DNA of 38,404 bases from a virus, in IMG/VR virus record IMGVR_UViG_3300045988_089052, positions 1 through 38,404 of that record. One strand, written 5' to 3'. Below, in pieces: positions 1-6,672 of this stretch; the first letter of the stretch is position 1, and each line of letters begins with the position of its first letter. The position numbers and the translations under genes were made by a program. A model generated the notes under the pieces. That model ran no database searches. It had not been told where the DNA came from and saw nothing but the letters and a program-made list of their open reading frames with translations.

Positions 1-135
1 ACCGTGGAGCTGTCCCGCATGTCCTGCACCGTGGAGCTGCCCCACATGTCCTGCACCGTGGAGCTGTCCCACATGTTCTGAACCGTGGAGCTGCCCCGCA
101 TGTCCTGCACCGTCGAGCTGCCAGACAAGGTAACA
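1..135. repeat. 27-bp tandem repeat, 4 good units plus 1 degenerate unit (consensus accgtggagctgYcccRcatgtcctgc)
   Basis: Units at 1-27, 28-54, 55-81, 82-108 and 109-135, with no spacers, in frame with the CDS. The same repeat is present at 38296-38404. Confidence 0.95.
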
Positions 136-494
136 TTTGTGCAGTCCTTTAAATAATATCCACTACCATCTGTAAGATTTAATTTATCAATTCCAATAAA
201 AATATGCTTTTCCGCCCACTCCTTAACAGCGGCGCGGGCCATCGCTTCGTATTTTTTAGGGTCGGATTTTATCCACTCAGGCAATTCGTCCTGATCGATT
301 TTAAATACCCACATATCAATAGGAACAAAAGGATCATCATTTTCAGGGCTTAATTCAAACCGCACAAACTTCCCCGCAATTCGGTTCTCCGCAGTATCTT
401 CAATGCATTTTTCCCGAAGCATTTTATCGTGGCTATCATAATCGGGCACAAATACGCCGTTTTTAAACAGCAGCCCGGATTTCAGTTTACACAT
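1..494 (-). CDS. Tandem-repeat protein, N-terminal part. ATG at 494; the ORF runs off the left edge and continues at 38376 once the 28-nt overlap is collapsed (239 aa in total).
   Basis: My own translation of the minus strand gives MCKLKSGLLFKNGVFVPDYDSHDKMLREK...LSGSSTVQDMRGSSTVQNMWDSSTVQDMWGSSTVQDMRDSSTV. The ATG overlaps the stop of the upstream gene. 494 + 226 nt = 720 nt, which is in frame with ORF 38151..38396. Confidence 0.65.
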   Translation of the reverse strand, partial: MCKLKSGLLFKNGVFVPDYDSHDKMLREKCIEDTAENRIAGKFVRFELSPENDDPFVPIDMWVFKIDQDELPEWIKSDPKKYEAMARAAVKEWAEKHIFIGIDKLNLTDGSGYYLKDCTNVTLSGSSTVQDMRGSSTVQNMWDSSTVQDMWGSSTVQDMRDSST

Positions 495-927
495 TTGACA
501 AATCCTCCCCAGTGGTGTATTTTTTAAGTGTAGATTTTTGGTCTGCGCCTCTGTTATCCGTGCCAGCGGATGCAGGGGCTTTCTTTTTTTCTTCTTCGCG
601 CAACAGTCGGTAGCTGCATACGTTCAACCATCCCTGTGTTGTTCCGTATCCGCACAACTTAACGGCTTCTTTTATCCGTTCGGCCTGTTCGCGCGTGAAT
701 CGGGCGGAAATGCGGTGTGGCAGCTTGTGCCTGTCACCCGACCGTTTACATTGCTTCACGGCCAAACCGCCGTTCCTGGCTGTTGCAACCGCGTCCAGCG
801 CGGCCTGCGCTTCTGCTGTCCGTTGTACGCCGTATTTTCCGGGATTGTTGGCCTTGCTGTCCAGCGCTTTGTCGTATCCGCTGAACCCGGCCGCACGTAC
901 AACCTGCACGCATTCTTTTTGTGTCAT
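487..927 (-). CDS. Hypothetical early protein; possible ribbon-helix-helix-like segment (RISARFTREQAERIKEAV)
   Basis: 146-aa ORF that overlaps both neighbouring genes as expected for translational coupling. I recognise no diagnostic family motif. Confidence 0.55.
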   Translation of the reverse strand: MTQKECVQVVRAAGFSGYDKALDSKANNPGKYGVQRTAEAQAALDAVATARNGGLAVKQCKRSGDRHKLPHRISARFTREQAERIKEAVKLCGYGTTQGWLNVCSYRLLREEEKKKAPASAGTDNRGADQKSTLKKYTTGEDLSNV

Positions 928-1169
928 GGCTTGTCCTCCTCTCTTACAGCTATGTATCCCGCGATCCCGGCCAGCACCAGCACCAGCCCAAACGCCAGCG
1001 TTGCAAGGCCCGGTAGCATGTCCGAGTTTCCACGGCCTATCGCCTGCAGGCCGTCCAGTACAGGCAGTACGGATGCAATCAGTACCACCTTATAGATAAG
1101 GCTTGTCCATCCGCGCAGGCCGCGCGGGAGACGCAGGCAGAACGGGTTAGGCTTGTCCATTTTAATCAC
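924..1169 (-). CDS. Small membrane protein (two hydrophobic segments)
   Basis: 81-aa ORF with the segments LIYKVVLIASVLPVL and LATLAFGLVLVLAGIAGYIAV. Its stop overlaps the start of the next gene. Confidence 0.5.
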   Translation of the reverse strand: MIKMDKPNPFCLRLPRGLRGWTSLIYKVVLIASVLPVLDGLQAIGRGNSDMLPGLATLAFGLVLVLAGIAGYIAVREEDKP

Positions 1170-1173
1170 TCCC

Positions 1174-1425
1174 TTATGTTATCGTTACCCTTACAGGTTC
1201 TTTGCCTGTGAATTGTTTAATCCACTCGTAAGCACCATTGCGTGATATTATGTAATGTGTGCCCTTTCCATGTTCGCCCACAACTCCACACGCAAACGGT
1301 AAATTTCCGGCAATAATATGTCGACCAAGTGATGGCTCTCCGATGCTGATATTATTTGCTCGGAACGCTTCCGCAAGCGCATGTAGCGTCATGTTACGTT
1401 GATATTTTTCATCTAATTCAAGCAT
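1174..1425 (-). CDS. Hypothetical early protein
   Basis: 83-aa ORF, second gene of the leftward early operon directly after the Cro-like gene. Confidence 0.5.
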   Translation of the reverse strand: MLELDEKYQRNMTLHALAEAFRANNISIGEPSLGRHIIAGNLPFACGVVGEHGKGTHYIISRNGAYEWIKQFTGKEPVRVTIT

Positions 1426-1431
1426 AAAATA

Positions 1432-1629
1432 TCAATCCTCCTTGCTATCAGACAGCAACTCGTCAACGGTAACACCATACAATTTCGACAATTTCTTATG
1501 GTACTTTCTTGACGGTCTGGTTTCACCCGATTCCCATTTGCTAACCGCTGCCTGATCAACATTCATTTTTTTCGCGACGTCCACCTGTCGAAGCCCGATT
1601 TTTTCGCGGTATTCCCGCAATCTTAGCAC
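1432..1629 (-). CDS. XRE-family HTH protein, Cro-like (GTG start)
   Basis: 65 aa; LRQVDVAKKMNVDQAAVSKWESG is a classic XRE helix-turn-helix. AGGAGGAG precedes the GTG, and the gene is divergent from the repressor gene. Confidence 0.8.
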   Translation of the reverse strand: MLRLREYREKIGLRQVDVAKKMNVDQAAVSKWESGETRPSRKYHKKLSKLYGVTVDELLSDSKED

Positions 1630-1673
1630 TATGTACTCCTCCTTTTTAAGTTATACTGTTTCCCCCTCAAAAA

Positions 1674-1689
1674 ACTCATAAATATGAGT
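1674..1689. promoter_or_regulatory. Operator-like inverted repeat ACTCATA-aa-TATGAGT
   Basis: 7-bp perfect arms, 8 nt upstream of the TTGACA -35 box in the divergent cro/repressor intergenic region. Confidence 0.6.
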
Positions 1690-1697
1690 AATCATTA

Positions 1698-1727
1698 TTG
1701 ACATGCGCGTAAACCCCGTGATACAAT
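1698..1727 (+). promoter_or_regulatory. Sigma-A-type promoter pointing at the repressor gene
   Basis: TTGACA (1698-1703), 18-nt spacer, TACAAT (1722-1727). An ATGAGT half-site (1726-1731) overlaps the -10/+1 region. Confidence 0.6.
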
Positions 1728-1809
1728 GAGTTTGCTGGAACATTGTACAAAGCCGCTCTTCGAGGGGCCTGGTTTTTTGTACGCATTTTCAAGGGACAAT
1801 CATATTATA

Positions 1810-1857
1810 ACTCATAATTTAAGAGTCGTCAATAAGGTAAACTCTTATTTTATGAGT
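1810..1857. promoter_or_regulatory. Two further operator-like imperfect inverted repeats
   Basis: ACTCAT-aattt-AAGAGT (1810-1826) and ACTCTT-atttt-ATGAGT (1841-1857), 31 bp apart and just upstream of the repressor start. Confidence 0.5.
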
Positions 1858-1891
1858 TTGTATGATTGCACAATTTGATTGGAGTGTTTTT

Positions 1892-2224
1892 ATGTTTTAT
1901 GACATTTACAAAAAATTGTGTGAAGACAATGGAGAGAAACCATATCAATTACCATTAAAGTTGGGCGCAAAAAGCAATAGTGTAGTTGCACAATGGAAAA
2001 ATGGATCGTTGCCAAGACCAGAAATGATTCAAAAAATCGCAGATTATTTTAATGTTTCTGTTGAGTATCTGATGTTTGGGGAAGTAAATAAAGAAAAGCC
2101 CGTACCGATCAGGCACGAGCTTAAAGAAAGTGATATGGAAATTTTAACGCTTTTAAAAGAAATTAACGAGAAGCAAAAAAAAGCGATAGTCGATATGATA
2201 CATACATTTATAGAGGAGAATTAA
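1892..2224 (+). CDS. XRE-family HTH repressor (CI-like, short form with no S24 peptidase domain)
   Basis: The ORF track starts it at 1862. I prefer ATG 1892, which has GGAG 9 nt upstream. The HTH is KLGAKSNSVVAQWKNGSLPRPEMIQKIADYFNVSVEYL. Confidence 0.75.
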   Translation: MFYDIYKKLCEDNGEKPYQLPLKLGAKSNSVVAQWKNGSLPRPEMIQKIADYFNVSVEYLMFGEVNKEKPVPIRHELKESDMEILTLLKEINEKQKKAIVDMIHTFIEEN

Positions 2225-2227
2225 TCA

Positions 2228-2533
2228 ATGAAATGGTATGAATTTCATATTCTAAAACAATTAAGCAAAGATGCTGTAAAGGTAAACAAATGGAACAAGA
2301 AAATTATAGATAATCTAAAGCGTTTCGGTTATGTAGACTCTTTAGGTGTCGCACCAAAAGGGCCGGCCAAAGGGAAAGAATGTGTTTTAATAAATGATTT
2401 TGGAGTAGAATATTGGAATAAGATGAAAAAAGAGCAAAAAGAAGATAGAAAATTCTGGATTGCTATCTTGATGAATCCCATATCTGCTATTATTGGAGCT
2501 ATTGCAGGATTCATTATTTCAAATTTTTGTTAA
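2228..2533 (+). CDS. Hypothetical protein with a C-terminal membrane anchor
   Basis: 101 aa, 4 nt after the repressor stop. C-terminal hydrophobic stretch FWIAILMNPISAIIGAIAGFIISNF. Confidence 0.55.
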   Translation: MKWYEFHILKQLSKDAVKVNKWNKKIIDNLKRFGYVDSLGVAPKGPAKGKECVLINDFGVEYWNKMKKEQKEDRKFWIAILMNPISAIIGAIAGFIISNFC

Positions 2534-2733
2534 TGCAAAATAGCCGAAATCAAGAAACCAGTTGTTGTGCCAAGCAAAAATGCAAGAATAGTTTTAATCC
2601 ATTTATTTCTAAAATCACGAATGAATAAAACCATTTCGCCTTTTTCGATTTTTACGGTCATAGCCTCTGTCTGAACAACGGAAAAATCGTTTTGATCGAA
2701 TACAATAATATCTTTTGAATTGAAATTAGCCAT
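2530..2733 (-). CDS. Hypothetical protein with a C-terminal membrane anchor
   Basis: 67 aa; WIKTILAFLLGTTTGFLISAIL. It converges on 2228..2533 and the two stop codons share TTAA. Confidence 0.5.
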   Translation of the reverse strand: MANFNSKDIIVFDQNDFSVVQTEAMTVKIEKGEMVLFIRDFRNKWIKTILAFLLGTTTGFLISAILH

Positions 2734-2878
2734 TGTTACTCTCCTTCATTTTTCTTAAAACCTTAAGCAATTCGTCTTTTTCAGATTGCGGTAATTCTAA
2801 AATTTCTTCAAAATATTCCGGCACATCAATTATTGGTTCACCATTGAAAAAAAATTCCTTTGTTTTGGTATTCGCCAT
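2726..2878 (-). CDS. Small acidic hypothetical protein (50 aa)
   Basis: The ORF track starts it at 2959. ATG 2878 is preceded by GGGAGG, so MANTKTKEFFFNGEPIIDVPEYFEEILELPQSEKDELLKVLRKMKESNNG is the likely product. Confidence 0.5.
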   Translation of the reverse strand: MANTKTKEFFFNGEPIIDVPEYFEEILELPQSEKDELLKVLRKMKESNNG

Positions 2879-2997
2879 ATGTGCGCCTCCCTTTTTTATT
2901 CTGCCGCATGGAAATATATTACCACAGTTATTAAATGTAAAATACTGGCAAAACACCAAATATTTGAAAAAATTAGAGTGATTTTAACTAAATTTAA

Positions 2998-3045
2998 CAA
3001 CAACCATTCGTTGTACATAGAATTATACAACAACCATTGGTTGTT
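2998..3045. promoter_or_regulatory. Two copies of CAACAACCATT(C/G)GTTGT, each an inverted repeat, 30 bp apart
   Basis: 2998-3014 and 3028-3045. The second is AACAACCA-t-TGGTTGTT with 8-bp perfect arms. They lie between divergent genes 2878(-) and 3144(+). Confidence 0.55.
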
Positions 3046-3143
3046 ATCAATGCATTTTTTGCACAACAAAATTTGTTTGTTTTTTGTGTAAGCAAAAATA
3101 TTGTCCAATAACCAGTACATTTTGATTTGAAGTTGACGAGGCG

Positions 3144-3686
3144 ATGTATATGAAAAAATCTTATTTTGATGGAGGATTATTACAATTAATTGGATGGAAA
3201 ATTCTGGGGTTCCTTGTTACATTTTTTACATTAGGAATTTGTTATCCATGGTCTGTTTGCATGATCTATGGATGGGAAACAAAGCATACCGTTATAAACG
3301 GTAAAAGACTTGGATTTGATGGAAAAGCAATTCAACTTTTTGGCAGCTGGATAAAATGGTTTTTGCTTACTTTTATTACGTTGGGTATATATGGCTTTTG
3401 GGTTGGTATTGCATTAAAAAAATGGAAAGTAAAACATACATATTTTATCGAAAATGAATCCGATTTAAACAAACAACCGGAAACGGTTGAGCTTTGTACA
3501 AATGCAATTCAAACGAATGTTGTTGTCCCGATTGATTTAAATGCTAATTATGAAGGCGACCCAGATGAAAACGATCCATTGCTTAATACCAACCGTACTG
3601 GTTCTATAATTTTTCTCGTATGTCTTATAGTTGCTATTATCATCTGTATTTTTACAATAATAAACATGATTTTACAGCGCATGTAA
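3144..3686 (+). CDS. DUF898/YjgN-like multi-pass membrane protein
   Basis: Repeated hairpin pattern (GWKILGFLVTFFTLGICYPW ... INGKRLGFDG ... WIKWFLLTFITLGIYGFW) plus a C-terminal TM segment. The start may be ATG 3150, which has better SD spacing. Confidence 0.55.
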   Translation: MYMKKSYFDGGLLQLIGWKILGFLVTFFTLGICYPWSVCMIYGWETKHTVINGKRLGFDGKAIQLFGSWIKWFLLTFITLGIYGFWVGIALKKWKVKHTYFIENESDLNKQPETVELCTNAIQTNVVVPIDLNANYEGDPDENDPLLNTNRTGSIIFLVCLIVAIIICIFTIINMILQRM

Positions 3687-3721
3687 TTTTGTATTAAATT
3701 ATATAGATAGGAGAGATTTAA

Positions 3722-4972
3722 GTGCTTTGCTCAAGATGCAAAAAAGAAATACCGAATGAAAGCATCTTTTGCAATTGGTGCGGAAAAAGGCAAACGGCTA
3801 TTGAACCAAAACAAAAAAGGAAACGTTTTAAGCGTCCAAATGGAAGCGGCACAATTTCAAAATACAGCGGGGAGCGAAAAAAGCCTTTTGTCGCTCGGCT
3901 TGACGGAAAATTAATTGGTACATTTAGAACATACGAAGAGGCCGACGAAGTTTTAACGGATATTATTGCAAGAAAACAAGCGTGCATGGACGTTATCCTA
4001 AACAAATACATCAGCACATTTACAGATGTTCATAATGCTTTTATACAAAGCAAAGAATACGAAAAAATTGGAGAAAAAGGAAAATACAGTATTGCCTCTG
4101 CATATAAACGATTCGAATCGCTGCATGATAAAGTGTTTACGAAAATCCTTGCTGCTGAATACGAATCCATTATAGATTCAGCGGTGGTATTACCGGCATA
4201 CAAAATTCGAACGCCAGAAGAAATTAAAAAGATGAGCGCAAAGGAACGTGATCGATACAATGCACTTATATCGAAACCGCAGGAACCATTAAGTTACAGT
4301 GCAAAATCGAAACTGAAACAATACATTATTCATTTATATAATACCGCAATATCAAACAAAATTGAAACCGTAAACTATGGTCAAAACATTGTACTTGATA
4401 AAGCCAGTAATAAAATTAAACGCCGAAATTTTACAAAATCTGAAAAAGATCTTCTCTACAAAAATGACAATGATGATATCGTAAAAATCATCCTTATATA
4501 TTTGGAATTAGGATTTCGACTTAACGAATTATTATCATTACCCACATCTCGTATTGATTTTGAAAATGATATCATTCAATGGGGAAGTAAAACAGATGCC
4601 GGAAAGGATAGAATAATCCCGCTTGTAGGTAAAGCACGTGAATATGTAAAATATTTTTATGGAGATGGAAGCCAAAAATTTTTGATTGAGCGCAACGGTA
4701 AGAGAATCCGAGAAGAATATTTTAGAATACATATGTTTTACCCTACGCTTGACCGATTAGGTATTGAATATTCAGACGAAAACAGCCGTTTTAACGTTAT
4801 TACCCCGCACCGAATTAGGCACACATTTGCGGCAGATAGTGTAAAGGCTGGTGTGGCACCAGAGGCGTTAAAAGAGATTATCGGGCATGCACAGTACAGT
4901 ACCACAATCAACAAGTACAACGATGATGTCGATGTCGATTACCTCAAAAAAGAGCTTCAGAAAAAGGGATGA
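3722..4972 (+). CDS. int: Tyrosine integrase with an N-terminal zinc-ribbon (GTG start)
   Basis: The C-terminal catalytic region ITPHRIRHTFAADSV...GHAQYSTTINKY carries the R..H-x-x-R..H..Y signature. The N-terminus is CSRCKKEIPNESIFCNWCG. attP lies immediately downstream. Confidence 0.9.
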   Translation: MLCSRCKKEIPNESIFCNWCGKRQTAIEPKQKRKRFKRPNGSGTISKYSGERKKPFVARLDGKLIGTFRTYEEADEVLTDIIARKQACMDVILNKYISTFTDVHNAFIQSKEYEKIGEKGKYSIASAYKRFESLHDKVFTKILAAEYESIIDSAVVLPAYKIRTPEEIKKMSAKERDRYNALISKPQEPLSYSAKSKLKQYIIHLYNTAISNKIETVNYGQNIVLDKASNKIKRRNFTKSEKDLLYKNDNDDIVKIILIYLELGFRLNELLSLPTSRIDFENDIIQWGSKTDAGKDRIIPLVGKAREYVKYFYGDGSQKFLIERNGKRIREEYFRIHMFYPTLDRLGIEYSDENSRFNVITPHRIRHTFAADSVKAGVAPEALKEIIGHAQYSTTINKYNDDVDVDYLKKELQKKG

Positions 4973-5073
4973 TTTGTTGCTAATTTTGTTGTTAACCCAC
5001 CTTAATTCACTATCTTTGAGTGAAAAAAAGCATTGATTTTAAGCCATTTTTCGGATATAAAACGATATACATA

Positions 5074-5122
5074 CTGCTTCCCAAGCAGAAGGTGGCGAGT
5101 TCGAGCCTCGTAATCCGCTCCA
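5074..5122 (+). other. 3' portion of a tRNA-Gly(CCC): anticodon arm to CCA, with no 5' half
   Basis: Anticodon stem CTGC/GCAG with loop TTCCCAA (anticodon CCC). Variable loop AGGTG. T arm GCGAG-TTCGAGC-CTCGT. 3' acceptor strand AATCCGC, then T and CCA. The upstream sequence has no acceptor or D arm. Confidence 0.75.
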
Positions 5123-5125
5123 AAT

Positions 5126-5178
5126 AAACCGCATTACATAGCCAAAAAACGGTTATGCAATGCGGTTTTATTTTATGT
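5126..5178 (+). terminator. Rho-independent terminator after the tRNA fragment
   Basis: AAACCGCATT (5126-5135) pairs perfectly with AATGCGGTTT (5159-5168) and is followed by a T-rich run. Confidence 0.7.
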
Positions 5179-5212
5179 TTTTTCGTTTTTGTTGCTAATT
5201 TGTTGCAAACAT

Positions 5213-5509
5213 TTAATTTAAAGCTTGAATTTTCCGCATAACGCTATCATATGCCCTTGAGTTTACTACTTTTAGCGTTTCAACTAATTCATTCATAATT
5301 CTCCACACCTGAACACTGTCTTTTCCGTCGACCGCTTGCAGAAATTCGCTATCACCTGATGTGCTAAGCGGTGTGGGCTGTTTTGACTGTTGCCCAGAGA
5401 GATGGTCCCTCACTGTGTATAAATCGGCCAATTTTGAACAATTCACATAAGTTGTGTCTCGCTGCTCCAATTCAAGGATAGATTTGTCCAATTCTTCAAT
5501 TGAAATCAA
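5213..5509 (-). CDS. Hypothetical protein (last gene of the accessory island)
   Basis: 98-aa ORF whose start overlaps the stop of 5506..6075. Confidence 0.5.
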   Translation of the reverse strand: MISIEELDKSILELEQRDTTYVNCSKLADLYTVRDHLSGQQSKQPTPLSTSGDSEFLQAVDGKDSVQVWRIMNELVETLKVVNSRAYDSVMRKIQALN

Positions 5510-6075
5510 GAGATATCAACTCCGATTTTTTTAGTCTTTTTACGGTATTTTTCGTGCAGTTCGTCTTGCATTAAATAGATCGCGGACATGTCGTATTCTA
5601 TGCTTTCCAGCTTGATATGCAAGCGTTCCACGCACTTTAATTCCTTGTCCACATCCATTACAAGTTCTTTCACCTTGCAAGCAGCCGCGACTTCTCCCAG
5701 ATTGTATAAATCAGTGTAGGATTTTTCATAAAGTTTTTTGGTCTCTACCTCCCAATCCCTCCACTTAATAAATGCATCCCGGATGGCGCGCCGTTTTGTG
5801 CTGGCGTCAACTTCTTGTCTCGTATAATTTCCCCAGCTCGCAGGAATAAGCGAAGGCCCCGCCGGATGCCCGCCGGGCAAAAGCTTACCGTAATGGTTGA
5901 TGTAATATCTGTGTACAGACCGCATGCATGTTGATTCGTCAAGATAGTGGTATTCCTGCATGCGTTTAAAACCGTGCAAAGACAAAAAGTCGAAATAATC
6001 CGCCATCTGACCATGCAGCATAATGCCTTCTATCTGGTGGTTTGAAATTGCATTAAAATTTTCCGATACCGTCAC
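5506..6075 (-). CDS. Hypothetical protein with a weak ferritin-like four-helix-bundle resemblance (GTG start)
   Basis: 189 aa. IEGIMLHGQMADYFDFLSLHGFKRMQEYHYLDE...HRYYINHYGKL resembles ferritin/Dps helices A-B. Judged by eye only. Confidence 0.5.
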   Translation of the reverse strand: MTVSENFNAISNHQIEGIMLHGQMADYFDFLSLHGFKRMQEYHYLDESTCMRSVHRYYINHYGKLLPGGHPAGPSLIPASWGNYTRQEVDASTKRRAIRDAFIKWRDWEVETKKLYEKSYTDLYNLGEVAAACKVKELVMDVDKELKCVERLHIKLESIEYDMSAIYLMQDELHEKYRKKTKKIGVDIS

Positions 6076-6248
6076 TTGTTTAACACCTCCAGTATATCGG
6101 TGAGCAGCGCGATGATTTTATCATTGTCGTATTCATGCGTTTTTTGACGTTTCAAAATTTCCTGGTTTATTTCAACGTTCTGCATGTTTGCCGCAAGATT
6201 CGCGCTGTTTATTCCGATGATTGCGCGGTAATAATCCTGAGCATCCAT
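6072..6248 (-). CDS. Small hypothetical protein (58 aa), missing from the ORF track
   Basis: My own translation: MDAQDYYRAIIGINSANLAANMQNVEINQEILKRQKTHEYDNDKIIALLTDILEVLNK. It has a TAATG overlap with the upstream gene and a GTGA overlap with the downstream gene. Confidence 0.5.
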   Translation of the reverse strand: MDAQDYYRAIIGINSANLAANMQNVEINQEILKRQKTHEYDNDKIIALLTDILEVLNK

Positions 6249-6652
6249 TAAATTTTCTCAACGACCGTCGCAACGTTTGTTACGCTGGACGCGGCTCCGG
6301 TAAGAACGAGCGACAAATTGGTAACGTTAGCTCCGGACAGCATACGGATAAGAGACGAAAGGCTCATGCTTACGCTGTTTGCAGCGGCAGCAACAGTTTC
6401 AGATGCCGTAGCGCCCGGAACGGCCACACCGTCCCGAAACAACGACACTGTGACAGTGCCTGCGGCTGTAGGAACAGCGGTAACGCTGATGTCAACATCG
6501 TAGTAACCGGGATTCGTGATAGAGATGACATTGCCGGAAAGAGCCAATCCGCAGCCGTAGCGGCGGACAATAGAACCAAGAGCAACCGTACCGTCTACGG
6601 CGACTGTTTGAGCCGTGGTATTCGCGGTATAAAGAGCAGCACTGCAAGACAT
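6248..6652 (-). CDS. Small BclA-C-terminal / C1q-TNF-like jelly-roll candidate
   Basis: 134 aa. NTTAQTVAVDGTVALG...ISITNPGYYDVDISVTAV...VSLFRDGVAVPGA...NLSLVLTG has the alternating beta-strand pattern I associate with BclA_C-type domains. There are no collagen repeats. GAAAGGAG precedes the ATG. Confidence 0.5.
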   Translation of the reverse strand: MSCSAALYTANTTAQTVAVDGTVALGSIVRRYGCGLALSGNVISITNPGYYDVDISVTAVPTAAGTVTVSLFRDGVAVPGATASETVAAAANSVSMSLSSLIRMLSGANVTNLSLVLTGAASSVTNVATVVEKI

Positions 6653-6672
6653 AAAAAGTCTCCTTTCAAATT

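Larger units (their letters stand above)
4973..5206. mobile_element. attP region: tRNA-derived core flanked by direct arm repeats
   Basis: TTTGTTGCTAATTT occurs at 4973-4986 and again at 5188-5201 in direct orientation, bracketing the tRNA-Gly 3' fragment. It is adjacent to int. Confidence 0.7.

Noticed and set aside
1-135. Regularly spaced 27-bp repeats at both window ends could be mistaken for a CRISPR array or for prophage att/LTR-type terminal repeats.
   Set aside because: The units are contiguous with no spacers and lie in frame within a protein-coding ORF on the minus strand. The two ends join into one reading frame, and the real attachment site (attP with a tRNA fragment next to int) is internal at about 5.1 kb.
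5040-5125. A possible complete tRNA gene downstream of the integrase.
   Set aside because: Only the anticodon arm, variable loop, T arm and 3' acceptor-CCA are present. The upstream sequence (tcggatataaaacgatatacata) cannot form the 5' acceptor strand or D arm. I interpret it as the attP core rather than a functional tRNA.
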